Shown here piece by piece: positions 1 to 9,017 of a stretch of DNA of 44,571 nucleotides. Below the pieces are notes generated by a model. That model saw nothing but the letters and a program-made list of their open reading frames with translations, ran no database searches and was not told the DNA's origin. Positions within the stretch are counted from its first letter, which is position 1. Every line of letters starts with the position of its first letter. The stretch covers positions 1 through 44,571 of the forward strand of contig JBDTTJ010000002.1 of NCBI GenBank assembly GCA_039930645.1. Direction: 5' to 3'. This DNA comes from Acidobacteriota bacterium. GTDB taxonomy: Bacteria; Acidobacteriota; Thermoanaerobaculia; UBA5066. The translations under genes were made by a program, and so were the position numbers.

Positions 1-135
1 TCCGGCGAGGTCCGAAAAGCCGCACCGAGCTTGAGCGCCATCTCGGCCGTGACAGCGCATCGTCGGCCAGAGCCTTCCCGGGGGAAATCCTCCGCGAGGA
101 GTTCCTCGTTCCTCTCGGTCTCCCATCGTCATGCT
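1..135. pseudogene. HigA/XRE-family antitoxin-like gene fragments; no intact ORF within the window
   Basis: The + strand 75-122 translates FPGEILREEFLVPLGL, a HigA N-terminal signature. The - strand 56-1 translates AVTAEMALKLGAAFRTSP, a HigA HTH C-terminal signature that runs off the window edge. Neither piece has an ATG/GTG/TTG start. The - frame is closed by an in-frame TGA at 131-129. Confidence 0.35.
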
Positions 136-181
136 CCGAAAGGGCCGAGGGGGGACCCGTTGCCGGATCCCCCCTCGAGGG

Positions 182-542
182 TGGTGGAGGCGGGGGGAGT
201 CGAACCCCCGTCCGAAGCGCCCGAACGTCGAGATTCTCCACGCTCAGTCCGGACTTGTTTTTTTAGCCACCGCGCATTCAGGTCCGGACAACCGGGCGCG
301 GCAGCGAACCTGACACTCTCGGGTCACCTCTTCAGATGGCGGAGGCGACCCCAGCCCGGATTTCGCGTCAAACGCCGAGGCGCCCCGGACAGGCTCCCCG
401 GCGCCCGTCGTGGCTAATTAAGCCGCGAGAGCGTAGTCGCTGGTGTTGGCAGCTAGTTGTTGACCGTCGTTTTTACGAGCGAACGGCCGTGCTCGGCGTG
501 CTCCTCGATCGCTGAATGCCCCGTCGAAACCGGGACGCCCCC
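182..542 (-). ncRNA. ssrA: tmRNA (SsrA), one-piece
   Basis: The minus-strand 5' end is GGGGGCGTCCCGGTTTCGACGGGGCATTCAGC. The 3' end is GGGGGTTCGACTCCCCCCGCCTCCACCA, a tRNA-like T-arm and acceptor with encoded CCA. The internal tag frame reads ...KNDGQQLAANTSDYALAA and ends at TAA (420-418). Length is 361 nt. Confidence 0.93.
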
Positions 543-611
543 AATCGTGACCGTTGAGGATAACAGGTCGGCCCCCGCGCGGAAAAGCCCGGGAGTCGCC
601 ATAATTCGCGG

Positions 612-2135
612 GTGACGCACGCGACGGCCCGGTTCCTCGTTCTTCTCGCCGCCGCCGGATTCTCCTTCCTGTCCGGCGCCGGCTCGGTCGAGGCCCAGGA
701 CGCGGCACTCGCGCGGGACGGCAAGCCGCCCGCGCCGATCCGTGCCGAAGACCGCGACGGGCGGACGTTCCTTCTCGTGAACGACGCCGTAGCCGCCCTC
801 GACGGGACGATCGCGTGGGACGAACGCACGCGCTCGTACGAGGTGAAGGTCAAGGGCCGCACGGCCGTCTTCGGCGCCGAGTCGCCGATCGCGGTCGTGG
901 ACACGAAGGTCGTGAACCTCGCGTCGCCCGTGCGCGCGTCGAGCCTCGGCGCGTGGGCCGAGCCGGAATTCTTCGTCAGGGTCCTCGGTCCGCTCACGGG
1001 CCAGGCGCTCGGGTGGGACAAGGGGACACGGACGCTCTCGGCGAAGAAGTCGGATTTCGTCGACGTCGGCGTGGAGCCCTCCGTCGCGGAGCTGGGCGAC
1101 GTGACGAAGATCGTCCTCCGATTCTCGCAGTCGCCGTCGTACGCGGTGGAGATGACGCCGGAACAGGTCGTCCTGCATTTTCCGGGCACGCGCCTCACCG
1201 CGCCGTCGCCCGAGCGCGTCCTCGACTCGCCGCGCGTCGCGCGGCTCCTCGTGCGCGGCGGCGAGGTGACGATCGTCTTCCGCGAAAAGGGCCTCGTCGC
1301 GAACGTCTATGCGCTCGGGACGCCGCCCCGCCTCGTCGTGGACGTCGCGCGCAAGGCCGGAACCGCGCCCGCCGCCGCGCCCGCCGTGCCAGCCGCGCCA
1401 GCCGCCGTGAAGAACATGAAGACGATCGTCGTCGACCCCGGCCACGGCGGGACGGAGGAAGGGGCGAAGGGACCGGGCGGCTCCCTCGAGAAGGACGCGA
1501 CGCTCGCGCTCGGCAAGACGGTCGCCGAGACGCTCCAGCGCCGCGGGTACCGCGTCCTCCTGACCCGGACGACGGACGCGACGGTGGGGCTCGACGACCG
1601 CGCCGCCGCCGCGAATGCCGCGAAGGCGGACGTCTTCCTCTCCATCCACTGCAACGCGTCGCGCGCGGCCTCCGCGCACGGGACCGAGGTCTATTACCTC
1701 TCGCTCGACGCGTCGGACCGCGCGGCGGCCGCGCTCGCCGAGAGCGAAAACCGCGCCGCGCCCGGGACACCCAGCGCGGAGAAGAACGCCGCGGTGCGCG
1801 ACCTCGATCTCATCCTGTGGGATCTCGCGCAGAACCAGCACCTCGGCGCGTCCGCGCGCCTCGCCGAGATCGTGCAGGCCGACTTCAACCGCCTGCTCGG
1901 GATCACGACGCGCGGCGTGAAGCAGGCGCCCTTTCGCGTCCTCATCGGCGTGAACGCGCCGGCCGTGCTCGTCGAGGTCTCGTTCATCACGAACCCCGAC
2001 GAGGAGAAGAAGATCAATTCCGAGGAGTTCCGCCGGCAGGTCGCGGACACGCTCGCGGGCAGTCTCGAGACGTACTTCCGGTCCGCTGACGGCGCCGCTC
2101 CCGTGCCGTACGCGCCGAAGAACGGCAAGAGCTGA
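612..2135 (+). CDS. N-acetylmuramoyl-L-alanine amidase (AmiA/B/C family), exported
   Basis: 507-aa ORF with a GTG start. Signal peptide is LVLLAAAGFSFLSGAGSVEAQ. Amidase_3 motifs in the C-terminal half: IVVDPGHGG, SIHCNAS, GTEVYYLS, VLVEVSFITNPDEE. Confidence 0.9.
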   Translation: MTHATARFLVLLAAAGFSFLSGAGSVEAQDAALARDGKPPAPIRAEDRDGRTFLLVNDAVAALDGTIAWDERTRSYEVKVKGRTAVFGAESPIAVVDTKVVNLASPVRASSLGAWAEPEFFVRVLGPLTGQALGWDKGTRTLSAKKSDFVDVGVEPSVAELGDVTKIVLRFSQSPSYAVEMTPEQVVLHFPGTRLTAPSPERVLDSPRVARLLVRGGEVTIVFREKGLVANVYALGTPPRLVVDVARKAGTAPAAAPAVPAAPAAVKNMKTIVVDPGHGGTEEGAKGPGGSLEKDATLALGKTVAETLQRRGYRVLLTRTTDATVGLDDRAAAANAAKADVFLSIHCNASRAASAHGTEVYYLSLDASDRAAAALAESENRAAPGTPSAEKNAAVRDLDLILWDLAQNQHLGASARLAEIVQADFNRLLGITTRGVKQAPFRVLIGVNAPAVLVEVSFITNPDEEKKINSEEFRRQVADTLAGSLETYFRSADGAAPVPYAPKNGKS

Positions 2136-2140
2136 GTCCC

Positions 2141-2857
2141 GTGGCCCGCCGCTTCGCGCTCGCGCTCGTCGCGATCCTCGCCTTGCTCCTCGGTGCGTTC
2201 GTCGTGATGCGGAGCGTCAGGAAGCCGAAGGCCGGCGCGCCGCCCCCTCCCGCGCCGCGCCCGACGGCCGTCGTGCCGCCGACGCCGATCCCCGCGCGCA
2301 ACGTGACGCTCTTCTTCGAGTCGAAGGAGGGCGATGGCGTTCTGCACCCCGAGGCGCGCGACGTGCCCGTGGCGGCGGACGACGTGGCATTCCTGCGGTC
2401 GGTGGCGGCCGGCGTCGTCGAGGGGCCGCGCAGCGCCGACCTCGTCAAGCCCTTTCCCGAGGGCTGGACTCTGCGCGGGGCGTACCTCCTGCGCGACGGC
2501 GTGGCCGTCCTCGACGTCGCGCCGCCCGCTCTCGGGAAATGGCAGGCTGGCGCGCACGAGGAAGACGCCGCCATGCAGGCGCTCGCCGTTTCGGTCGGCA
2601 GGAACATGACGAGCGTGACGCGCGTCGTCTTCCTCGTGGCGGGGGAGCCCGCCGAAACGCTCGCGGGGCACGTGGACCTCGCGCACCCGATCGCGCCGGA
2701 TTTCACGCGCGCCGCCGCGGAGACGCCGCGCCCCGCGCAGCCGCCGCCGGCGGCCACGCCGACGCCGGCTCCGACGCCCACGGCGACGTCGACGCCGGCG
2801 CCGCGGCCGCCAAAGCCGGCGAAGCAGCCCGCGAGGCCGAAGGGGGAAACGACGTGA
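2141..2857 (+). CDS. GerMN-domain membrane-anchored protein with Pro/Thr/Ala-rich C-terminal tail
   Basis: 238-aa ORF with an N-terminal TM helix. GerMN-like core: VTLFFESKEG...FLRSVAAGVVEGPRS...AYLLRDGVAVLDV. The position between an amidase and murI is typical for this family. Family assignment is from memory. Confidence 0.6.
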   Translation: MARRFALALVAILALLLGAFVVMRSVRKPKAGAPPPPAPRPTAVVPPTPIPARNVTLFFESKEGDGVLHPEARDVPVAADDVAFLRSVAAGVVEGPRSADLVKPFPEGWTLRGAYLLRDGVAVLDVAPPALGKWQAGAHEEDAAMQALAVSVGRNMTSVTRVVFLVAGEPAETLAGHVDLAHPIAPDFTRAAAETPRPAQPPPAATPTPAPTPTATSTPAPRPPKPAKQPARPKGETT

Positions 2858-3681
2858 GCGACGACCGGCCCATCGGCCTCTTCGACTCGGGCGTGGGCGG
2901 GCTGACCGTTCTCGACGCGATCGCGCGCCGGCTCCCGCACGAGCGGCTCCTCTATCTCGGCGACACGGCGCGCCTTCCGTACGGGACGAAGTCCGCCGAG
3001 ACCGTCCGTCGCTACGCCCGGCGCGCGATCGGTTTCCTGCTCGACCACGGCGTGAAGGCCGTCGTCGTCGCCTGCAACACGGCCTCGGCGCTCGCGCTCG
3101 ACGCGATCGTCGAGATGTCGCCCGTGCCCGTGATCGGCGTCGTGGCTCCCGGTGCTGTCGCCGCCGTCGCCGCGGCGCGGGCGCGCGAGGCGGCGGGGGA
3201 GCCGCGCGGGCCGATTGCCGTCCTCGCGACCGAGGCGACCGTGGCGTCCGACGCCTACGGCCGCGCGATCCGGGCGCTGGATCCGGAGCGCGAAGTTCTG
3301 CACACGGCGTGCCCGCTCTTCGTGCCTCTGGCCGAGGAGGGCTGGACGGACAACGAGGTCGCCCGCGCGGCCGCGGCGCGGTACCTCGGGCCCGTGGGAT
3401 CCTCGGGTGCGCGCGTCGTCGTCCTCGGCTGCACGCACTACCCGCTCCTCGCGGGGACGATCGCGGCGGCGCTCCCGCCCGGAAGGGAGCTCGTCGACTC
3501 GGCGCACGCCGCGGCGGACGCGCTCGAAGCGGCGCTCCCGCCGGCCGCCCGCCGCGAGGGGAACGAGCCTGGCGAGACGCGCATTCTCGTCACGGACGCG
3601 TCGGACCGGCTCCGTCGCGTCGCGGGCCGCTTCCTCGGCCGGCCCGCGGCGGATCTCGCGCTCGTCGACCTGCCCATGTGA
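2854..3681 (+). CDS. murI: glutamate racemase
   Basis: Motifs IGLFDSGVGGLTVL, YLGDTARLPYG, VVVACNTASA, VVLGCTHYPLL. The GTG start overlaps the upstream TGA (GTGA at 2854-2857). Confidence 0.93.
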   Translation: MSDDRPIGLFDSGVGGLTVLDAIARRLPHERLLYLGDTARLPYGTKSAETVRRYARRAIGFLLDHGVKAVVVACNTASALALDAIVEMSPVPVIGVVAPGAVAAVAAARAREAAGEPRGPIAVLATEATVASDAYGRAIRALDPEREVLHTACPLFVPLAEEGWTDNEVARAAAARYLGPVGSSGARVVVLGCTHYPLLAGTIAAALPPGRELVDSAHAAADALEAALPPAARREGNEPGETRILVTDASDRLRRVAGRFLGRPAADLALVDLPM

Positions 3682-3704
3682 TCGCCGGCGGGGCACGCGG
3701 GGCG

Positions 3705-4574
3705 ATGGAGGACAATCCTCGCGTGAAGAATCCCAACGCCCTCTCCCGTGCCGGCGGCCGCGCCGCGCTTTCGCTGCGTCCCGTCTCGATCGTCTGCGAC
3801 GCCGTGCCCCACGCGGAGGGCTCGTGCCTCATCACGCAGGGCAAAACCCAGGTGCTCGTCACGGCGTCCGTCGAGGCGAAGGTCCCGCCCTTCCTCCAGA
3901 AGACCGGCCTCGGCTGGATCACGGCCGAGTACGGAATGCTCCCGCGCGCGACGCACGAGCGGACGGCGCGCGAGGCCGCGCGCGGCAAGCAGACGGGCCG
4001 CACGCTCGAGATCCAACGCCTCATCGGGCGCGCGCTGCGCGGCGTCGCGGACCGCTCGATCCTCGCGGACCGGACGATCACGCTCGACTGCGACGTCCTC
4101 GTGGCCGACGCGGGGACGCGCTGTGCGTCCGTGACGGGCGCCTACGTCGCCCTGATGCTCGCCGCCGGCGCGCTCTTCAAGGCGCGGACGATCCGCGGGA
4201 ACCCGCTCCGCGAGGCCGTCGCGGGGATCTCCCTCGGCGTGACGGCCGGGATTGAACCGGATTCGCGCGAGATCCTCCTCGACCTCGACTACTCCGAGGA
4301 CTCGACCGCCGAGGTCGACCTGAACGTCGTCGGGACGTCGTCGGGACGCTTCGTCGAGATCCAGGGCACCGCGGAGAAGGAGCCGTTCGACGAGGCGATG
4401 CTCGGCCAGCTTCTCGCCGCCGCGCGGCGCGGCCTGTCCGAGCTCTTCCGCGTCCAGTGCGCGGCGCTCGAAGGGCGCGTGCCGGACGCGTGGCTGCCGG
4501 ACCTGCCTCAGGCCCGCGCGAAGAACCCGCGCAAGACCTCGGCCAGCCGGCCCGGTTCCTCCAGAAGGGCGTAG
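3705..4574 (+). CDS. rph: ribonuclease PH
   Basis: Matches the RNase PH pattern: HAEGSCLITQGKTQVLVTASVE, GWITAEYGMLPRATHERTAREAARGKQTGRTLEIQRLIGRALR, ITLDCDVLVADAGTRCASVTGAYVAL. The start is uncertain (ATG 3705 or GTG 3720). About 32 aa at the C-terminus lie beyond the recognisable homology. Confidence 0.9.
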   Translation: MEDNPRVKNPNALSRAGGRAALSLRPVSIVCDAVPHAEGSCLITQGKTQVLVTASVEAKVPPFLQKTGLGWITAEYGMLPRATHERTAREAARGKQTGRTLEIQRLIGRALRGVADRSILADRTITLDCDVLVADAGTRCASVTGAYVALMLAAGALFKARTIRGNPLREAVAGISLGVTAGIEPDSREILLDLDYSEDSTAEVDLNVVGTSSGRFVEIQGTAEKEPFDEAMLGQLLAAARRGLSELFRVQCAALEGRVPDAWLPDLPQARAKNPRKTSASRPGSSRRA

Positions 4575-5269
4575 TGCCCGCGGCCCGGGAGCTCGAGGAA
4601 CGTCGCGTCCGGCCGGGCCTTCAGGATCGCCTTCGCGTCCTTCGGCGGCACGAGCGGGTCCCGCTCGCCGGTCGCGACGAGGAGCGGCATGGCCGTCCCC
4701 TTGAGGCGCTCGGCGAGGGGCGGGGCGGCGAGAATGCCGTCGACGGACTTCTCGGTCGCGAAGGCGACGTCCTTGCCGGACGGGCCGGTCTGCGCCGCGA
4801 CCGCGCGCGCGACGAACGCCTTCCTGCCGGGCGCGTCGCCCTCGAACCCGTAGGCGGCGGCGCTCCTCAGCGACGACTCGGAGACGCTCTCGAGGACGGC
4901 GCGGCGCGACATCGCCTTCCACTTGAGCGTGTCCGTGAACCCGTAGGACGCGGCCCCGAGCGGCGACACGAGCGCGAGGGCGGCGACGCGGCCGGGAGCG
5001 AGCGCCGCGATCTCGCCGGCGACGCGTCCCCCGAGCGAGTGGCCGGCGAGGAAGACGGGCTCCCGCGTCAGGACGCCGAGGACCCATCGGGCGAGCGCGC
5101 CCGGGTCGTATCCCTCCGGGGACTTGGGGCCCTTCAGGGATCCGGGCAGGTCCAGCGCCTGGATCGCGAAGTGCTTCGCGAGCAGGACTCCGGCATCGGC
5201 CCAGTCGGCGGCGCCCCCGCCGAGCCCGTGCAGGAGGACGAGGGTCGGTTTCGACTTCTTGGCTGCCAT
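4508..5269 (-). CDS. alpha/beta-fold hydrolase
   Basis: 253 aa. Motifs LVLLHGLGGG, nucleophile elbow GHSLGG, C-terminal GRGHYALLEEP. Confidence 0.8.
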   Translation of the reverse strand: MAAKKSKPTLVLLHGLGGGAADWADAGVLLAKHFAIQALDLPGSLKGPKSPEGYDPGALARWVLGVLTREPVFLAGHSLGGRVAGEIAALAPGRVAALALVSPLGAASYGFTDTLKWKAMSRRAVLESVSESSLRSAAAYGFEGDAPGRKAFVARAVAAQTGPSGKDVAFATEKSVDGILAAPPLAERLKGTAMPLLVATGERDPLVPPKDAKAILKARPDATFLELPGRGHYALLEEPGRLAEVLRGFFARA

Positions 5270-5290
5270 CGCGGAGAATGCTAACGGAAT

Positions 5291-5365
5291 CGGGGCGTAG
5301 CGCAGCGGTAGCGCGGCTGCTTTGGGAGCAACAGGTCGCCGGTTCGACCCCGGCCGCCCCGACCA
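5291..5365 (+). tRNA. tRNA-Pro (anticodon UGG)
   Basis: Cloverleaf read by hand. Acceptor CGGGGCG/CGCCCCG; D arm GCGC-AGCGGTA-GCGC; anticodon loop TTTGGGA (UGG, G37); T arm GCCGG-TTCGACC-CCGGC; discriminator A and encoded CCA. Confidence 0.93.
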
Positions 5366-5392
5366 ACTGACTCGAGGAGAGACACAGGAAAC

Positions 5393-6559
5393 GTGCCGAT
5401 ACGCCGGGGGATCTTCCGCGGCCTCGTGATCGCCGCGCTCGCCATCGTCGCGAGTGCGGCCGTCGCGGCCCTCGCCGTCCGCGACCTGTTCGCGGCCGCC
5501 GTCGCGGGTGCGGCGCTCGGCCTCCTGGCGCTGACGTGGGCCCAGTTCGTGCGCGAGCGGCGCGCGCACCGGCAGGCCGAGAAGGAGCTCCGCTCGAGCG
5601 AGGCCCGCTTCCGGGGGCTCGTACGCGACGTCCCCGTCGGCGTCCTCGTGCAGGGGGCGAACGCGCAGTTCGCCCTCGCGAATCCGAAGGCGCTCGAGCT
5701 GCTCGGCCTCACGGAGGACCAGATGCTCGGCAGGACGTCCTACGACCCGGCGTGGAACGTCGTGGACGAGGCGGGCCGCGTCCTCGCGCCAGACGAGTTC
5801 CCGGTGAACCGGGCGATCGCAGAGCGGCGCGCCGTGCGGGACGCTGTGATCGGGGTCCAGAGGCCCGGGGCGGCCGAGCGTGTCTGGCTCCTCGTGAACG
5901 CCGATCCCGAGGTCGCCGAGGACGGCGCGCTCGTCCAGGTCCTCATGACGTTCCACGACATCAGCGAGCGCAAGGCGGCCGAGCTGCGCCTCCGGCAGGC
6001 GAACGCGGCCCTGCAGAGGCTCTCGCTCGTGGACTCGATGACGGACGTCGCGAACCGGCGCCAATTCGACCGCGCGCTCGCCGACGAATGGGCGCGCGCG
6101 ATCCGCGTGGGAACCTCGATCGCGCTCGTGCTCGTGGACGTCGACCACTTCAAGCCCTATAACGACCGCTACGGCCACCCCGCCGGGGACGACTGCCTGC
6201 GCCGAATCGCGGCGGTGCTCGGGCGGACGCTGCTCCGGGCCGGGGACGTCGTCGCGCGCTACGGCGGCGAGGAGTTCGGCGCGATCCTCCCGCTCACGGA
6301 CGCCGACGCCGCGACGGCGATCGCCGAGCGCATGCGCAAGAGCGTGGAGGCCCTCGGGATGCCGCACGGCGCCGTGCCGCTCGGCATCGTGACGATCAGC
6401 GGCGGCGTCGCGTCCAGCCGGCCCGAGATGGACTCGGATCCGCTCGACCTCGTCGCCCGCGCGGACGCAGCGCTCTACGAGGCCAAGGCGGCCGGCCGCA
6501 ACCGGATCGTGACGGCGGACGACGCGGGCGCCGCGCCGGTCAGGCCTTCAGGAGGCTGA
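5393..6559 (+). CDS. membrane-anchored PAS/GGDEF diguanylate cyclase
   Basis: Two N-terminal TM helices. PAS region: SEARFRGLVRDVPVGVLV...MTFHDISERK. GGDEF domain: DHFKPYNDRYGHPAGD, active site GGEEF, and an RxxD I-site (RAGD) 5 residues upstream. Confidence 0.9.
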   Translation: MPIRRGIFRGLVIAALAIVASAAVAALAVRDLFAAAVAGAALGLLALTWAQFVRERRAHRQAEKELRSSEARFRGLVRDVPVGVLVQGANAQFALANPKALELLGLTEDQMLGRTSYDPAWNVVDEAGRVLAPDEFPVNRAIAERRAVRDAVIGVQRPGAAERVWLLVNADPEVAEDGALVQVLMTFHDISERKAAELRLRQANAALQRLSLVDSMTDVANRRQFDRALADEWARAIRVGTSIALVLVDVDHFKPYNDRYGHPAGDDCLRRIAAVLGRTLLRAGDVVARYGGEEFGAILPLTDADAATAIAERMRKSVEALGMPHGAVPLGIVTISGGVASSRPEMDSDPLDLVARADAALYEAKAAGRNRIVTADDAGAAPVRPSGG

Positions 6560-7316
6560 GCGGCGCCGCGGCGCCCGTGACCTCGCGGATCGCGGGGCCG
6601 ACGACGGACACGTCGTCGCTGATCACGCTGGCGGCGCCGAGCCGCGCGAGCTGCGCGGCGAACGCCGGGTCGTTCACGGTCCAGCAGTGGACCCCGAGAC
6701 CCTCGGCCTTCGCGCGGGCGAAGAGCTCGTCCGTGGCGACGCCGGCCTGCGGGCCGATCGCGCGGCAACCCTTCGGAAGATCGGGCCAGAGAGCGCCGTC
6801 GGGACGGCGCGCCGTCGCGTCGTAGTTGAGGCACGTCTCGATGCGCGGCTCGATCTCGCGGATCTTCCGGAGCATGTCGCCCGAGAAGGAGAGCACGAGC
6901 GCGCGGTCGAAGAGGTGCATCTGGGCGACGAGGGCCGCCACGCGGAACTCGAGGAGGCCTGGCCGCGGCGACGGGCCCGCCTTGAGCTCGACGAGATACC
7001 GGCCGGTCGAGCCGTAGCGCAGGAAGAGGTCGCGGAGCGTCGGGACGAAGCCCCGGAATCCGCCGCGTTCGACGGGCAGCTCGGTGAGCTCGGGGATCGT
7101 GACGGTCGCCAGCGGGACGCGGCGCCCGAGAAAGACGATCTCCGGGTCGTGCTGGACGACGGCCTCTCCGTCCAGCGTGAGGCGTACGTCGAGCTCGAAG
7201 CCGTCGGCGCCGTCCGCCTCGGCCCGGTCGAAGCTTTCGAAGGTGTTTTCGAGCGCTTTCGTCGGGGAGCCGCGGTGCCCGACGACGCGCGTGACGCCGC
7301 TCGCGAAGAAGTTCAT
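6540..7316 (-). CDS. glycerophosphodiester phosphodiesterase family protein
   Basis: Motifs VVGHRGSPTKALENT, GFELDVRLTLDGEAVVQHD, VHCWTVND. Confidence 0.88.
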   Translation of the reverse strand: MNFFASGVTRVVGHRGSPTKALENTFESFDRAEADGADGFELDVRLTLDGEAVVQHDPEIVFLGRRVPLATVTIPELTELPVERGGFRGFVPTLRDLFLRYGSTGRYLVELKAGPSPRPGLLEFRVAALVAQMHLFDRALVLSFSGDMLRKIREIEPRIETCLNYDATARRPDGALWPDLPKGCRAIGPQAGVATDELFARAKAEGLGVHCWTVNDPAFAAQLARLGAASVISDDVSVVGPAIREVTGAAAPLSLLKA

Positions 7317-7339
7317 CGGAGGGATTATCCTCGCCTCCC

Positions 7340-8317
7340 ATGTCTCGCGCTGCGCGTCCTCCCGCCGAGGGTCCGTTCCCGGTCCCGCTCGCGACGATCG
7401 ACTGGCTCGTCTCGCGCGAGAACCCGGGCGTGAGGGCCGTTGCGCTGCGCGACCTGCTCGGGCGCCCGCCCAGGGATCCCGACCTCCGGCGCGCCCGCCA
7501 GGCGGCCGTCCGCGACCCGTTCCTGCGCGATCTCCTCGCGCTCGTCCGCGCGCGCCTCGTGCCGGCGCCGCAGGTCCCGCTCGAGCGGCGGTACGACGGC
7601 GGGATGTGGCTCGCGCTCTTTCTCACGGAGTTCGGCGTGGACGAGGCGCAGCCCGCGCTCAAGCACGCGGCCGACGTCCTGCTCGCGCGGTGGGAGAAGG
7701 CCTTCGTCGAGATCGAGCGCGGCGGCCGGACCGCCGACCTCGACGTCCCGCTGTTTGCGGCGGCGCTCCGCGTCCTGGCGCGAACCGGCCGGGGCGGCGA
7801 CCCGCGCGTCGTGGGCGGGGCCGAGGAGATCGCCCGGCGCTCGCGGGCCGGCAAGGGCCGCACCGTGAAGGACCTTCTCCTTCTCGGAGAGCTGCCCGAG
7901 AAGGCGCGGACGGACGTGATCAGGGGCGCGATCGCGTTCCTCGAGACGCGGCTCGTCGAGGCGGAGATTCCCGCCGCGCTCGCCGCGGGCGCGACGCCCG
8001 AGATCCTCAAGGCGGGCTACCCGTGCGCGGACGAGACGGACCTCTTCGAGATGCTTGCGGCCCTGAAGGCCGTGCGCCCTGCGGGAAGGCCCATCGAGCC
8101 GAACGTCGCGCGCGCCCTCGCGGAGCTGGCCTCCCAGGCGGACCACCGCGCGCGCTGGAAGCTGGAGCGCCCGCGGCCCGAGCGGCTGCCGCTTGCTCCC
8201 GAGCGCACGGGCGACCCGTCGCGCTGGGTCACGCTGCGCGCGCTCACGATCCTCCAGCACTTTCGCGGGCTTGCCGTCCCCAGCACGGCTCCCGCCCGGA
8301 GGGCCACGTCGAAATGA
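7340..8317 (+). CDS. hypothetical protein (function unknown)
   Basis: 325-aa ORF filling the gap between flanking genes. Its stop overlaps the next start (ATGA at 8314-8317). I could not assign a confident family motif. Confidence 0.55.
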   Translation: MSRAARPPAEGPFPVPLATIDWLVSRENPGVRAVALRDLLGRPPRDPDLRRARQAAVRDPFLRDLLALVRARLVPAPQVPLERRYDGGMWLALFLTEFGVDEAQPALKHAADVLLARWEKAFVEIERGGRTADLDVPLFAAALRVLARTGRGGDPRVVGGAEEIARRSRAGKGRTVKDLLLLGELPEKARTDVIRGAIAFLETRLVEAEIPAALAAGATPEILKAGYPCADETDLFEMLAALKAVRPAGRPIEPNVARALAELASQADHRARWKLERPRPERLPLAPERTGDPSRWVTLRALTILQHFRGLAVPSTAPARRATSK

Positions 8318-8943
8318 GACGTTCCGCTTCCGCGCGTCTCGCCGCCTGCTGCGCCGTGGCGACGCTCGCCGTTCTCGCCGGCTGCTCGTCCGATCCTCTC
8401 CCCGGTCCCCCGCGCGCCGCGACCCACGGCTACCGCGCCCGCGTCACGTTCAAGACGGACGGGCTCGAGACGGCTTCGTACGAGATCGCCGTGCGCGGAG
8501 GCCTGAGGCGCAAGGGCCTCGGCGACGGACCCGCGCTGATCCTCGACACGGAGGCGAAGAAGGCGTGGCGCGTCGCCGCCGGCGGGAAGAGCGCGTCGCC
8601 GGTGGAGTTCTCCGAGGCGGAAAAGGAGATGCCCGCCGGCATCCCCCTCACGACCGGCTTCGACGAGAAGAAGGAAGCGGCCCGCCGGAACCTGACCCTC
8701 TACCACCGCGAGGGCGACGAGGTGTTCGCGGGACACGTGTGCGCGATCTGGCGTTTCGACGACGACCCTTCCGCGCTGAACTCGCCGACGACGACGTACT
8801 GGGCCGCGAACGACCTCGACGGTCTCGTCGTCCGGTGGGAGCGGGAGCTCCCGTCGCCGGGCGGTAAGGGGACGAAGTTGGTGATCAACCTCACGGACGT
8901 GCGCGTCGGGGCTCCGCCGAAGCTCTTTACCCCGCCTTCCTGA
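8314..8943 (+). CDS. lipoprotein, function unknown
   Basis: Lipobox LAVLAGC near the N-terminus. Translationally coupled to the upstream ORF. Confidence 0.7.
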   Translation: MRRSASARLAACCAVATLAVLAGCSSDPLPGPPRAATHGYRARVTFKTDGLETASYEIAVRGGLRRKGLGDGPALILDTEAKKAWRVAAGGKSASPVEFSEAEKEMPAGIPLTTGFDEKKEAARRNLTLYHREGDEVFAGHVCAIWRFDDDPSALNSPTTTYWAANDLDGLVVRWERELPSPGGKGTKLVINLTDVRVGAPPKLFTPPS

Positions 8944-9017
8944 GACACAGGCTCGGCGTCGCTGCTATGCTCCGCGCCCTCCGGCGCGCCGGAGGATTCT
9001 CCAGAGGAGTGTTCCCA

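Noticed and set aside
131-417. + strand ORFs 31-417 and 131-313, which overlap the tmRNA region
   Set aside because: They are antisense to a clearly recognisable tmRNA, and their translations contain the tell-tale mirror of the T-arm (GESNPRP). They are not coding.
5270-5392. tRNA-Pro as an integration site or edge of a mobile element
   Set aside because: There is no integrase, no direct repeat of the tRNA 3' end, and no compositional shift on either side. Both flanking genes look native.
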